DNA from: a virus
Length of the DNA: 64,000 nt
Strand: one strand, 5' to 3'
Virus record (IMG/VR): IMGVR_UViG_3300028902_000264
Part shown: in pieces, positions 53,292 through 61,787 of the stretch
Layout of the letters: every line of letters begins with the position of its first letter
Position numbering within the stretch: position 1 is the stretch's first letter
The notes under the pieces: model-generated
The model's database searches: none
Told to the model about the DNA's origin: nothing
What the model saw: only the letters and a program-made list of their open reading frames with translations
Translations under genes and position numbers: made by a program

Positions 53292-53795
53292 ATGGCGGAC
53301 AACAAGGTTCTCGATCAAGTGTTTTTGCTTATGTTTATTTGTGATGGAACTCTTGAAAGATATTCGTATGAGGATACACACAAAATACTTGGAATTTTTG
53401 CAAGAGAAACATTTTTTATGCCTGTAATAGTTAATCAACTTAAGGTCCAAGTTTTTAATTTCAACAAAGATTTAAACAATTATTTGAAAAACATGAAAAT
53501 AAGCGTTAAGGAAACTAATGGGCTGTTTGATGATCTTAAGACCTTTTACTCATTGATTAATGAAACAATGAAAATTCAAACTATTAATCAAAAAATTAGA
53601 GAGATTGTTAAAAAAATAGACTCAAACAGAGGATATCTTCGAAACATGTCGATGGATCGTACAAAATCCTGGAACTATTCGCCGTTTTTTATGGTAGATG
53701 ACTCTGGATATATTATTCCTTTTCAAATTAAGATCAAATCTTTCGAGGCGAACGAAGCTCAAATCACAGATTCAATTCCCGACTTCCTGGAGTGA
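53292..53795 (+). CDS. Hypothetical protein, small paralog family
   Basis: MADNKVLDQVFL; LGIFARETFF; YSPFFMV. Confidence 0.75.
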   Translation: MADNKVLDQVFLLMFICDGTLERYSYEDTHKILGIFARETFFMPVIVNQLKVQVFNFNKDLNNYLKNMKISVKETNGLFDDLKTFYSLINETMKIQTINQKIREIVKKIDSNRGYLRNMSMDRTKSWNYSPFFMVDDSGYIIPFQIKIKSFEANEAQITDSIPDFLE

Positions 53796-53882
53796 AAAAA
53801 GAAATAAAACTATGCGACTAAAAACCAACCAATACAATCTTTTCTCTATGCCAAAACCTCATAAACCAGAAAGAAAAATCAA

Positions 53883-54416
53883 ATGACGGACAACAAAGTT
53901 CTCGACCAAGTGTTTTTGCCTGCGTTTGTTGGCAAATGTTTGTTATCTAACTTTGATAATATGAAGCCAACGGTAAAAATGTTTCGTGAAAGCCTTGGAG
54001 TTTTTACAAGCGAAACATTCTTTATGCCTATTCTCATTAACAGGATTAAAATTCAAGTTTTCTTGTTTCATAGAGACCTAAAGTCAGTTAGCACAAACAA
54101 CCCAAGAGAGGCTTATGACTTATCTGATGTTCTTAAAACTTTCTATAATAAAATTAATGAAACAATGAGTGTTAAAAATCTTAATACCGAAATTAAAGAT
54201 ACTGTTGAGTTTTTGGACCAAAACAAAAAAGGATTTATTACAGATATTACTAGAATAGATCTATTACATAGAGAGCCAACGTTTTTTTCGCCGTTTTTTC
54301 TTGTTGGAGAAAGTGATCAATTGAGTCCTATTCAAATTGACGTAGAAACATTTGAAGTAAACGAGATGCAATCATATCCATATCCAGAAGAATGGATTCC
54401 AAATTTTTTGGTGTGA
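53883..54416 (+). CDS. Hypothetical protein, tandem paralog
   Basis: MTDNKVLDQVFL; LGVFTSETFF; FSPFFLV. Confidence 0.75.
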   Translation: MTDNKVLDQVFLPAFVGKCLLSNFDNMKPTVKMFRESLGVFTSETFFMPILINRIKIQVFLFHRDLKSVSTNNPREAYDLSDVLKTFYNKINETMSVKNLNTEIKDTVEFLDQNKKGFITDITRIDLLHREPTFFSPFFLVGESDQLSPIQIDVETFEVNEMQSYPYPEEWIPNFLV

Positions 54417-54431
54417 AAAGGAAATAAAACC

Positions 54432-54710
54432 GTGCAACTAAAAAAACAACCAATACAAACCTTTCTCTATGCTGTTGAAAGGTCAAAGTATAAAAACTCC
54501 TTTGGAGAAACTATTATTCTTCTTGAATGGAATCCAAAAGATTACCTTAAAAATGAAATCTTTTTGGATTATGATATTGACGAAATCGCTTCTTTTTACA
54601 AAGAAGGTTCCACAAACTATGTTATTGTTGAATTTTCCCGTACATCAAGAGATAGTTGTTTGTATTTGATTGCTCTTCGTCCTCGTCAAAAACCCGAACA
54701 AAAGGAATAA
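54432..54710 (+). CDS. Hypothetical protein
   Basis: GTG start with AAGGA SD. Confidence 0.6.
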   Translation: MQLKKQPIQTFLYAVERSKYKNSFGETIILLEWNPKDYLKNEIFLDYDIDEIASFYKEGSTNYVIVEFSRTSRDSCLYLIALRPRQKPEQKE

Positions 54711-54714
54711 ATCG

Positions 54715-55191
54715 ATGATTTTCAGGAACTTCGCTCCAACGAAAGAAGCCTTCGAAGAACTTCAAAAGAAAAATTCTGAACTCAAACAAGAAATTTCTTT
54801 TCTTAAAGAGAAAGAGAAAAACCAAACTTTTCTTTCTCTTGCAAAAAAAGTTAAAGATCTAACTGAAGAACTTAACAGAAACTCACAAAATAATGACGGA
54901 ATGAAAGCAATTCTCGATCTTAAAACAAAAAAATTTGAAGAAGAAAAAAAGACTTTGGAAAAAGAGATTGAATCTCTGAAGCTTCAAAACGATTTGTTGA
55001 AAAACAAACTTGATGCCTCTATTGAGAATTCTCCAGAATATCTAATTTTCCAAATGGAAAATCTAAGACATTTGACAATAGATATTAACAACTATGCAAA
55101 AAGAGGATTTGAAGTTCAACAAATTAATAATGTTATAAATTCGAAAAACAGAACAGAATTTATTGTTTTGATGGTTAAAAAACCAACATAA
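54715..55191 (+). CDS. Coiled-coil protein
   Basis: Long heptad-rich helix. AAGGA SD before ATG 54715. Confidence 0.65.
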   Translation: MIFRNFAPTKEAFEELQKKNSELKQEISFLKEKEKNQTFLSLAKKVKDLTEELNRNSQNNDGMKAILDLKTKKFEEEKKTLEKEIESLKLQNDLLKNKLDASIENSPEYLIFQMENLRHLTIDINNYAKRGFEVQQINNVINSKNRTEFIVLMVKKPT

Positions 55192-55255
55192 ATTATTTAT
55201 CGGTTCTTTAAATTTCATTTCATATTTTTGGTTTGGGCAGAAAACCATAGAGGGG

Positions 55256-55284
55256 TTGACGTGTGTTGTCGCAAGCCTTACAGG
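55256..55284 (+). promoter_or_regulatory. sigma70-like promoter
   Basis: GAGGGG-TTGACG-tgtgttgtcgcaagcct(17)-TACAGG. Confidence 0.65.
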
Positions 55285-55328
55285 CACGATACACCGCGCT
55301 GCTCTCAATTCCCCCAAAGGAGAATAAA

Positions 55329-55865
55329 ATGTCGACAGAACAAACTCAGAAGTGCTTTGTTTTGACTTGGGGTTCTTATAATGAATACACAGGCCATTAT
55401 TCGATTGATGTTGAAACTAAGATTTTTATTTTTGAGAATAGACCAACAGCGTTTGAAGGAATGCAAGAGGACTTGAAATCTAAATTGTTGGGAATGATGA
55501 ATCTTGTTCTTGTTGCTGCCAAGACCTCCAAACAAATTTCTATGGAAAAACTTGTTTCTGTTGCGTGTATTTTGGAAAAAAATTTTAATTCAATCGGATC
55601 AAAAATTTCCATTGATAAAGCTAATCAGATTATTGATTCAATTGTTGAATCTTTGCAAAAACTTTACGAAGGAGAAGATACGGAAACCACCATACAATTT
55701 TTTGATAATCTTATTGATTTTCTTACAATTTATGACTCTGGACTAGGAATAGTCTCCCCAGGAGAATATAGAATTGTTGAAAAAGTTGTTGATACTATTA
55801 GCATTCCAAAAGATGAGAAAGATATTCTTTCTCGCTTTGATCAATTCTTGTTTGCAAACCTTTGA
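55329..55865 (+). CDS. Hypothetical protein, small paralog family
   Basis: AAGGAG SD; KCFVLTWG...IFIFE...EYRIVEKVVD. Confidence 0.7.
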   Translation: MSTEQTQKCFVLTWGSYNEYTGHYSIDVETKIFIFENRPTAFEGMQEDLKSKLLGMMNLVLVAAKTSKQISMEKLVSVACILEKNFNSIGSKISIDKANQIIDSIVESLQKLYEGEDTETTIQFFDNLIDFLTIYDSGLGIVSPGEYRIVEKVVDTISIPKDEKDILSRFDQFLFANL

Positions 55866-55883
55866 CACGAAAGGAAAACCAAA

Positions 55884-56408
55884 ATGTCAGACGAACAAGT
55901 GAAAAAAGTTTATGTTTTGACTTGGGGATATAGCTTTTTCAAATCAGATGGCAAAGATATTATTTTGCCCGAAGATATATTTGTTTTTGATACTGAATCA
56001 ACCGCACTTGAAGCAATGAAAGAACGTATTAGAGAAGCTTTGCTCAAAGCAGCAAAAATTTGTATTAACGCATTTAAAGCGCGCAAAATTAAAACTTATT
56101 TTGTTAAAATTTTTGCACCAATATTTCAAGAATATATTGTTAATATCAATAAAGATATTCCACTTTCCCTATCAGATGGAAATCGATTTATTGCCAATGT
56201 TTATCTTAAACTAAATGAATTTATTACCGCCAATCGTTCGGAAAGTCTGGTTATAGACCAACTTCAAAATTATTTTGGAGAGCCCGTATACGGGCAATAC
56301 GAATATAATATTACCGAAGTTGTTGTAGACAGTCTTGGAGACTCAACGGAGAAAGAATCCCTTGAGATGATTCCTGAAGTTTTAAACAATTTCATTAAAG
56401 TACTATAA
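55884..56408 (+). CDS. Hypothetical protein, paralog of the previous gene
   Basis: KVYVLTWG...IFVFD...EYNITEVVVD. Confidence 0.7.
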   Translation: MSDEQVKKVYVLTWGYSFFKSDGKDIILPEDIFVFDTESTALEAMKERIREALLKAAKICINAFKARKIKTYFVKIFAPIFQEYIVNINKDIPLSLSDGNRFIANVYLKLNEFITANRSESLVIDQLQNYFGEPVYGQYEYNITEVVVDSLGDSTEKESLEMIPEVLNNFIKVL

Positions 56409-56421
56409 TATATAAAAAAAT

Positions 56422-56634
56422 ATGGAAACAAAAGAAACACAAAAGAAATATTACTGGAGTCGTTGTCCTGGTAAAATTGTTAATAAGTATACTGGAAACG
56501 AATATGCTCTTAAAACAGAAAATTTAATTAAAGAGTTTGTCGCTGAAGGTCAAACAGAAAAATTAATTAAAGAGTTTATGAAGAAGTTAGCCTTCCAAAC
56601 CCAACTAATCCAATTAAATTCACTGAAACAGTAA
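56422..56634 (+). CDS. Small hypothetical protein
   Basis: 70 aa. Confidence 0.55.
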   Translation: METKETQKKYYWSRCPGKIVNKYTGNEYALKTENLIKEFVAEGQTEKLIKEFMKKLAFQTQLIQLNSLKQ

Positions 56635-56683
56635 GACTTTGGTATGAAACCTCGTTGAAACAATTAAAGATGCATTAAATCAA

Positions 56684-56968
56684 TTGGAGAAGTCTTCTGG
56701 ATATTATTGTTCGAAAATTGAGTGTGGACTTTATGCCGCAGACTATTTGAAAGTCACTTCGGGTTTTAAGGTGCCAATGCTTCAAGCAAATAAAGTAGTT
56801 GCCCCAGGAAAGATTGAGCCAATAGAAAACGTTGGTCAGTTTTTAGAACGAAACTTAGTTGTTAACAGAGGATTGCCAACTAATATAATCAAATTGGTTG
56901 CTCAAAATGAAAATTATAAAACAGTAGATGAATTTGAAGTTCAAATTATCGATATGCCAATTCTGTGA
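56684..56968 (+). CDS. Hypothetical protein
   Basis: 94 aa, TTG start uncertain. Confidence 0.45.
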   Translation: MEKSSGYYCSKIECGLYAADYLKVTSGFKVPMLQANKVVAPGKIEPIENVGQFLERNLVVNRGLPTNIIKLVAQNENYKTVDEFEVQIIDMPIL

Positions 56969-57009
56969 TCTATGAACTACGAAACCTCAAACAAAAAAGG
57001 AAATAAAAA

Positions 57010-57522
57010 ATGGGTGCCGACGGTGGTGTTGAGTGGATGAAACTAAAAAAACCTGCTGAATATAGCAGGTTGTTGGATCTTTTGGAGCCATTTAACATTC
57101 GAACTTATGAGGAACTAATTGATGTTTGTGCCTCTTATAATTCTCATTGCCACGATGATTGGTGCGAAGAAAATCCCGAGATTTGTGCACCAGAATATTT
57201 GCTTTCCATATATGGAACGGACCTTCCAGGTTTTCCTTGTTTAAGTGATATTCCAAGAATGTTGGGTTACTTCGAAAGTGCAAACGAATCTTATCACGAT
57301 CTTTTTTATTTGGGACTAGATCCAGAAAAGAATACTTTCGGCGATATTTTTCTTGAAAGAAAAACAAGGCCAAGTTCAATGTGGCGGTGTAGGTTAGATA
57401 ATTTTCTTGAAGAACTAGAAGAAGGATCTGTTTTGGATTCAATGCTTATTTCAGAGTGGGTCGAAGAAATAAAAAGTATTCTGGATATTAAATCTCGTCG
57501 CAGCTGTGAAACGTGGACATAA
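57010..57522 (+). CDS. Acidic hypothetical protein
   Basis: 170 aa, AAGGA SD. Confidence 0.65.
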   Translation: MGADGGVEWMKLKKPAEYSRLLDLLEPFNIRTYEELIDVCASYNSHCHDDWCEENPEICAPEYLLSIYGTDLPGFPCLSDIPRMLGYFESANESYHDLFYLGLDPEKNTFGDIFLERKTRPSSMWRCRLDNFLEELEEGSVLDSMLISEWVEEIKSILDIKSRRSCETWT

Positions 57523-57538
57523 CAACAAAGACAATAAC

Positions 57539-58198
57539 ATGAAAAACCCGTTTAAAGTCCCAGGAAAACCTGCTGCTCTTCCAATGAAACCCTTTTGTAA
57601 AAAAGATGATTATACATGGGAAGATTGGGAAAGAGATGCTAAACAGGCATATCCTGTCAGATATTTCTTGTCGGAAATACTTCCATCAAAGGTTGATTTT
57701 ATTAAAAGAAAAGTTTCGAACATGAAATATGACTTTGTTTCAAAACACATAAAAAAGGATCATTTACTTGATTTAACTCACGAAGATAACGGAGGCATTC
57801 TTTTTAGCGAAGATTCAAAACTCTTATATGCGTGTATTAATATCTTAAAGTTGTTTGTTGAAGTTCGCCACGGAGGAATTGAAAACTTTAAACGCTTTGT
57901 CGAGGTTCAAGAGCTTCATCTCGAAACCGACCGAGATGAAAGAAGAAACATTGTTGATGTTTATGAATGGTTTATGGTTGAAAGACCAAAAGCTAAAAAA
58001 GAATTAGATGATGCCGATAATGCTTGGCATAAGTATTTTACAGATAAAATCATTGAAAATGATGGAACAACTCCAAAACCAAGAGATCCAGAAGAAACAA
58101 GGTTACGAAAAATCGCAGATGAACTGGAAGAAAAAATTGACAAAAAAGATGAAGAAATGCTCGTTAAACTAATGAAGGCCAGAAAATACCTTTGGTAA
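57539..58198 (+). CDS. Hypothetical protein
   Basis: ATG 57539 preferred (no overlap). Confidence 0.65.
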   Translation: MKNPFKVPGKPAALPMKPFCKKDDYTWEDWERDAKQAYPVRYFLSEILPSKVDFIKRKVSNMKYDFVSKHIKKDHLLDLTHEDNGGILFSEDSKLLYACINILKLFVEVRHGGIENFKRFVEVQELHLETDRDERRNIVDVYEWFMVERPKAKKELDDADNAWHKYFTDKIIENDGTTPKPRDPEETRLRKIADELEEKIDKKDEEMLVKLMKARKYLW

Positions 58199-58208
58199 GG
58201 AAAACAAA

Positions 58209-58724
58209 ATGAGTGATCTCCTAATCCCAACAGCAGTTTATGAAACTTATTTTATGTCAAAATTACATTCATACATGGGTCAGTCTTATAAAATCGATGT
58301 TGGAACTTTTTCAAAAAAGTCTTTTGCTTTAGAATTTGCCGCGAACAAACTAAAAAAATCAATTGTTCGTATCCACAAAGAGCTTCCAATTTTTACTAAA
58401 TATAACGATCCTTCCTATCAAGGATATAGCAAAGTAAAAGAATTAAAGAATTTTTTAAAAGAAACCTATAATTCTCTTAAAGAAGATATGTCTCATGAAG
58501 AAATTAATGATATCATCTATAAAGTTTCGACAGAGATTAAACAAAAAATAGCAACAAAAGAATTTAGCTATTTTTCTGTCGAAAAATGGACTCCTTTTCT
58601 ACATCTCTTTGATGTAAGAGAAAATTATTTTAGCCCCGAAAAATTTGTTCTTGTTATAGAAGAAAAACTTATTGATCAAGTTCCTGAAGAAAATTCAGGA
58701 GAAGAACTTCCAGATAAACTTTAA
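58209..58724 (+). CDS. Hypothetical protein, small paralog family
   Basis: IDVGTFSKKSFA...FLKETYN...LVIEEKLID. Confidence 0.7.
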   Translation: MSDLLIPTAVYETYFMSKLHSYMGQSYKIDVGTFSKKSFALEFAANKLKKSIVRIHKELPIFTKYNDPSYQGYSKVKELKNFLKETYNSLKEDMSHEEINDIIYKVSTEIKQKIATKEFSYFSVEKWTPFLHLFDVRENYFSPEKFVLVIEEKLIDQVPEENSGEELPDKL

Positions 58725-58750
58725 AAGTTTAAATAAATTCCGATTCTACC

Positions 58751-58779
58751 TTTACAAGTCTCCGCGGCGGGTTTATGTG
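58751..58779 (+). promoter_or_regulatory. sigma70-like promoter
   Basis: TTTACA-agtctccgcggcgggtt(17)-TATGTG; AAGGAG before ATG 58825. Confidence 0.55.
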
Positions 58780-58824
58780 CATTGAACCGCCGAAGCACCA
58801 CCAATTCCCTAAAAGGAGCTTGTA

Positions 58825-59379
58825 ATGGCAAATAACGACTTGCAAACAACCTATAATTTCGAAGCAAAATTAGTTGCAGTATCTTACATTGCTGATTTCT
58901 ATCAATCGGAAGTTATTGATCTTGGTCTTTTTTCAAAAGAGACATTTGCTATTGATGCCGCGGTTTTGAAAATTAAAGAAGGTATTTATAATCTTTATAA
59001 AATTTTCATTGAAGAACTTAACGATAGAAAAGAAAATGATTTCTTTCTGTCTGGAGAACAAATTTTTATAACAGAAAGTATTGAAGTTGTTGTTAAGTTT
59101 TTGAAGGAAACATACAATAATTCTTTTAGTGATAACTTTGATGTTAAAAAAGTAAATGAAATTATTCAGAATATTTCTGAAACACTGCAAGAAACTGAGA
59201 ATTTTGATGTTGATGACTATTATAGGCGAAATGATAGTTCTTATTTCTCTCCGTTTTTTTGTGTGTTTTATGATGATTTCAGTGAAACACATGAATATGA
59301 CGCATTTGTTCTTGAAATAAAAGAAGTTGTTGTTGATAAATTTTCTTCTGATCAAGAACTTCCCTCATCAATCGAGTAA
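58825..59379 (+). CDS. Hypothetical protein, paralog of 58209
   Basis: IDLGLFSKETFA...FLKETYN...FSPFFCV...LEIKEVVVD. Confidence 0.7.
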   Translation: MANNDLQTTYNFEAKLVAVSYIADFYQSEVIDLGLFSKETFAIDAAVLKIKEGIYNLYKIFIEELNDRKENDFFLSGEQIFITESIEVVVKFLKETYNNSFSDNFDVKKVNEIIQNISETLQETENFDVDDYYRRNDSSYFSPFFCVFYDDFSETHEYDAFVLEIKEVVVDKFSSDQELPSSIE

Positions 59380-59386
59380 AACCGCC

Positions 59387-59524
59387 ATGAAAGAACTCGA
59401 AACCTATTCGCTGTTTGATAAAGTTTGCGAGAGTGTTTACAACTATGTTTGGCTGGTATTTACTTGTTGGTTTCTGTTTTATCTTTTGATAATGGCACCT
59501 TGGTTTCAAGGAATAAATGTATGA
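59387..59524 (+). CDS. Small membrane peptide
   Basis: 45 aa with one hydrophobic aromatic helix. Confidence 0.45.
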   Translation: MKELETYSLFDKVCESVYNYVWLVFTCWFLFYLLIMAPWFQGINV

Positions 59525-59856
59525 ATACTCCAAAGTTCACAAAAAAAGAAATGTCAAAAGACAAGAGATATTCTTGTAAAGAACATGAGTTGAAAGGATA
59601 CCCAAAAGAATCTTTCTATTTTAGAAAAGTAAATGATGTTTCGATTCCTTTCCTTGTTCAGTTTTCTGGGGATGTTGTTAATACAGAAAAGTATTGTATT
59701 GAAGATGACGGAAACTATATTATGTATGCTTATAGCCCCGATGGAAACTTGATGCACGCAGCTGAATTTAAGGGCGGCACAATGATAAGAATTTGTTTAA
59801 AGTCTTATTTGGGTGAATGGAAATGGTCTCCGTGTGGAGGTAATCTTGGCGAATAG
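59521..59856 (+). CDS. Hypothetical protein
   Basis: ATG 59521 with AAGGA SD. Confidence 0.6.
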   Translation: MNTPKFTKKEMSKDKRYSCKEHELKGYPKESFYFRKVNDVSIPFLVQFSGDVVNTEKYCIEDDGNYIMYAYSPDGNLMHAAEFKGGTMIRICLKSYLGEWKWSPCGGNLGE

Positions 59857-60091
59857 AGAAGAACACAAAAGAATTGTTTATGCTCTTCAAACAAATTATG
59901 CAATAGACAAAGATCATAAAAGATGGTCTTATTCTAGTTGGATATTACTAAACGATATTCAAAACTATGAATCAAAGTGGTTTCTTAAAAATGAACTTAT
60001 CTCTCTCGAAGATGTTATTATTCCGATGCAAGGTTTTGTTGCCGTTCAAAACATAAACGGAGATATTCTCGCAATAGAAAAACAATCATAA
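59813..60091 (+). CDS. Hypothetical protein
   Basis: Fills the gap; start uncertain. Confidence 0.45.
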   Translation: MNGNGLRVEVILANREEHKRIVYALQTNYAIDKDHKRWSYSSWILLNDIQNYESKWFLKNELISLEDVIIPMQGFVAVQNINGDILAIEKQS

Positions 60092-60115
60092 CTCTAATCA
60101 AGAAAGACATTTGAA

Positions 60116-60883
60116 ATGTCTAAATCTATCTTCGAAAAAAACTGTAGCTATGTTATCAAATACCGAGCCTGGAAGTATTTTGCAAATGGAACGGCGGACT
60201 ATAAAGATATTTGCGATACATTTGTGGTTTTGGATCACAAAACGGAATATGGAATTGATGAAACATATTTTCTTAAATCTCCTAGCGGAGAAAAATTTTG
60301 GGTAAAAGAAAGACATATTATGTCTCTTACGAAAATTGATTCTAAATATAATGGAAGAACTCATCAAGATGTTGAAGATTGTTTTTTTCAACTTAGAGAT
60401 GAACACAAACCTGATTGGTATATATTCCTCGCCAACAAATATGGAAATGAAAATGTTTCTTTTCGTTCAAAAACTGGGTGGGTTATTTATCTGTTTGGTC
60501 GTCAAGTACAAGAGAAAGATAGAAGAACTGTTTTGGAAACTTTTCCCGAAAGGAAAGGTATTCATACTGAATATGAAAATGATTTCCTTTTGTCTTCTTG
60601 GAAAAGAAGAGGAGGAGAAGTATGGATCGAAAAAGAAGGAAAATATAACGGATCTTTTCGAGAGCATTATTTCCCAGGAGAGAAAGAAAAGTTCTTGCAA
60701 GAGGTTTGTGAATCGAAAATTAATGCGATATGGGACTTCTTTGAATCAATTTTTGTTTATGTAAACAAGTTCCAGGTTTTGGAAGAAAATATTGTTTTGG
60801 GTCTCCCGAATAGAGATGCAATTAACTTTGTGAAAGAGCAAAATCTTGAAAAAGGAGTTTATGAAAAAAATAAATGGAAATAA
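60116..60883 (+). CDS. Hypothetical protein, paralog of 51018..51896
   Basis: KPDWYIFLANKYG; KINAIW...KFQVLEENIVLGLP. Confidence 0.7.
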   Translation: MSKSIFEKNCSYVIKYRAWKYFANGTADYKDICDTFVVLDHKTEYGIDETYFLKSPSGEKFWVKERHIMSLTKIDSKYNGRTHQDVEDCFFQLRDEHKPDWYIFLANKYGNENVSFRSKTGWVIYLFGRQVQEKDRRTVLETFPERKGIHTEYENDFLLSSWKRRGGEVWIEKEGKYNGSFREHYFPGEKEKFLQEVCESKINAIWDFFESIFVYVNKFQVLEENIVLGLPNRDAINFVKEQNLEKGVYEKNKWK

Positions 60884-61380
60884 TTCATTGTAAAGATGAA
60901 AAAGAATTTTGGCCTTTACTCATCGCAAAGTTTAGTGGAGTTGTTGAATTTAATAACCGCATTATTTTTTTTAAAGAGGGAATAAAGCACCGAGAAGACG
61001 GACCCGCTGTTGAATCATTAAACGGATATAAAGAATGGAGAATTGATGGAGTTCTCCATAGACTAGACGGGCCAGCTTTTGAAGACATAAATGGTCATAA
61101 AGAATGGTGGATTAGTGGATTACTACATCGAATAGATGGACCAGCGGTTGAGTCTTCAGATGGAAGAAATCATTGGTGGATTGATGGAAAAAATTATAAT
61201 TCAACAATCTTATTAAGGTTAAGAGAAGAAAATCTTTTTCTTGGAAAAGAGAAAGGTAAGTATGACTTATATTGGCTTAAGTTCCTTACAGAAAACCAAG
61301 GAATTCAAGAATTTCCTATTATTCCTGGAATGGACACATATGCGAAACTTTCTTTTGTTTTAAAGGGGTTTATAAGATAA
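60874..61380 (+). CDS. HRxDGPA-repeat protein (3 repeats) with conserved C-terminal domain
   Basis: FLGKEKGKYDLYWLKFLTENQGIQEFPIIPG. Confidence 0.85.
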   Translation: MEIIHCKDEKEFWPLLIAKFSGVVEFNNRIIFFKEGIKHREDGPAVESLNGYKEWRIDGVLHRLDGPAFEDINGHKEWWISGLLHRIDGPAVESSDGRNHWWIDGKNYNSTILLRLREENLFLGKEKGKYDLYWLKFLTENQGIQEFPIIPGMDTYAKLSFVLKGFIR

Positions 61381-61386
61381 ACTAAA

Positions 61387-61770
61387 ATGAAAATTCTAAA
61401 ACTAAAAAAATTAGAACTTTTACCAGAAGACTTCACAGGAATAGTAGAATATCCTAATCAAGTTAAAAAATGGTATAAAAATGGTGAACTTCATCGAACA
61501 AATGGACCAGCTGAAATATATTCAGAGAATGATTTGTGTTGGCACCTTGAAGGCAAATATATCTCTTTTGGTTATCTCAGACAAGTAATTGGAGAGTCAG
61601 TATTTCTTGGAAAAGAAAAGGGAAAATTCGATCTTGAATGGTTAAAGTTTCTAAAAGAAGATGGAATTTACGAATTCCCTATTATTCCTGGGATGACTCA
61701 AGATCCTTATTTTATTGAGGCATTTCTTCTTCTTAAAAAAGAACATGGCTGCGATGTATTAAACAAGTAG
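61387..61770 (+). CDS. HRxDGPA-repeat protein (1 repeat) with conserved C-terminal domain
   Basis: PEDFTGIVEY, HRTNGPA, FLGKEKGKFDLEWLKFL. Confidence 0.85.
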   Translation: MKILKLKKLELLPEDFTGIVEYPNQVKKWYKNGELHRTNGPAEIYSENDLCWHLEGKYISFGYLRQVIGESVFLGKEKGKFDLEWLKFLKEDGIYEFPIIPGMTQDPYFIEAFLLLKKEHGCDVLNK

Positions 61771-61787
61771 AAAAGAAACAAACCCAA

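Larger units (their letters stand above)
53259..54472 (+). repeat. Tandem duplication, units 53259-53851 and 53850-54472
   Basis: First 70 nt of the two units differ at 3 positions. The last approx. 60 nt are also similar; the interiors are diverged. Confidence 0.85.
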
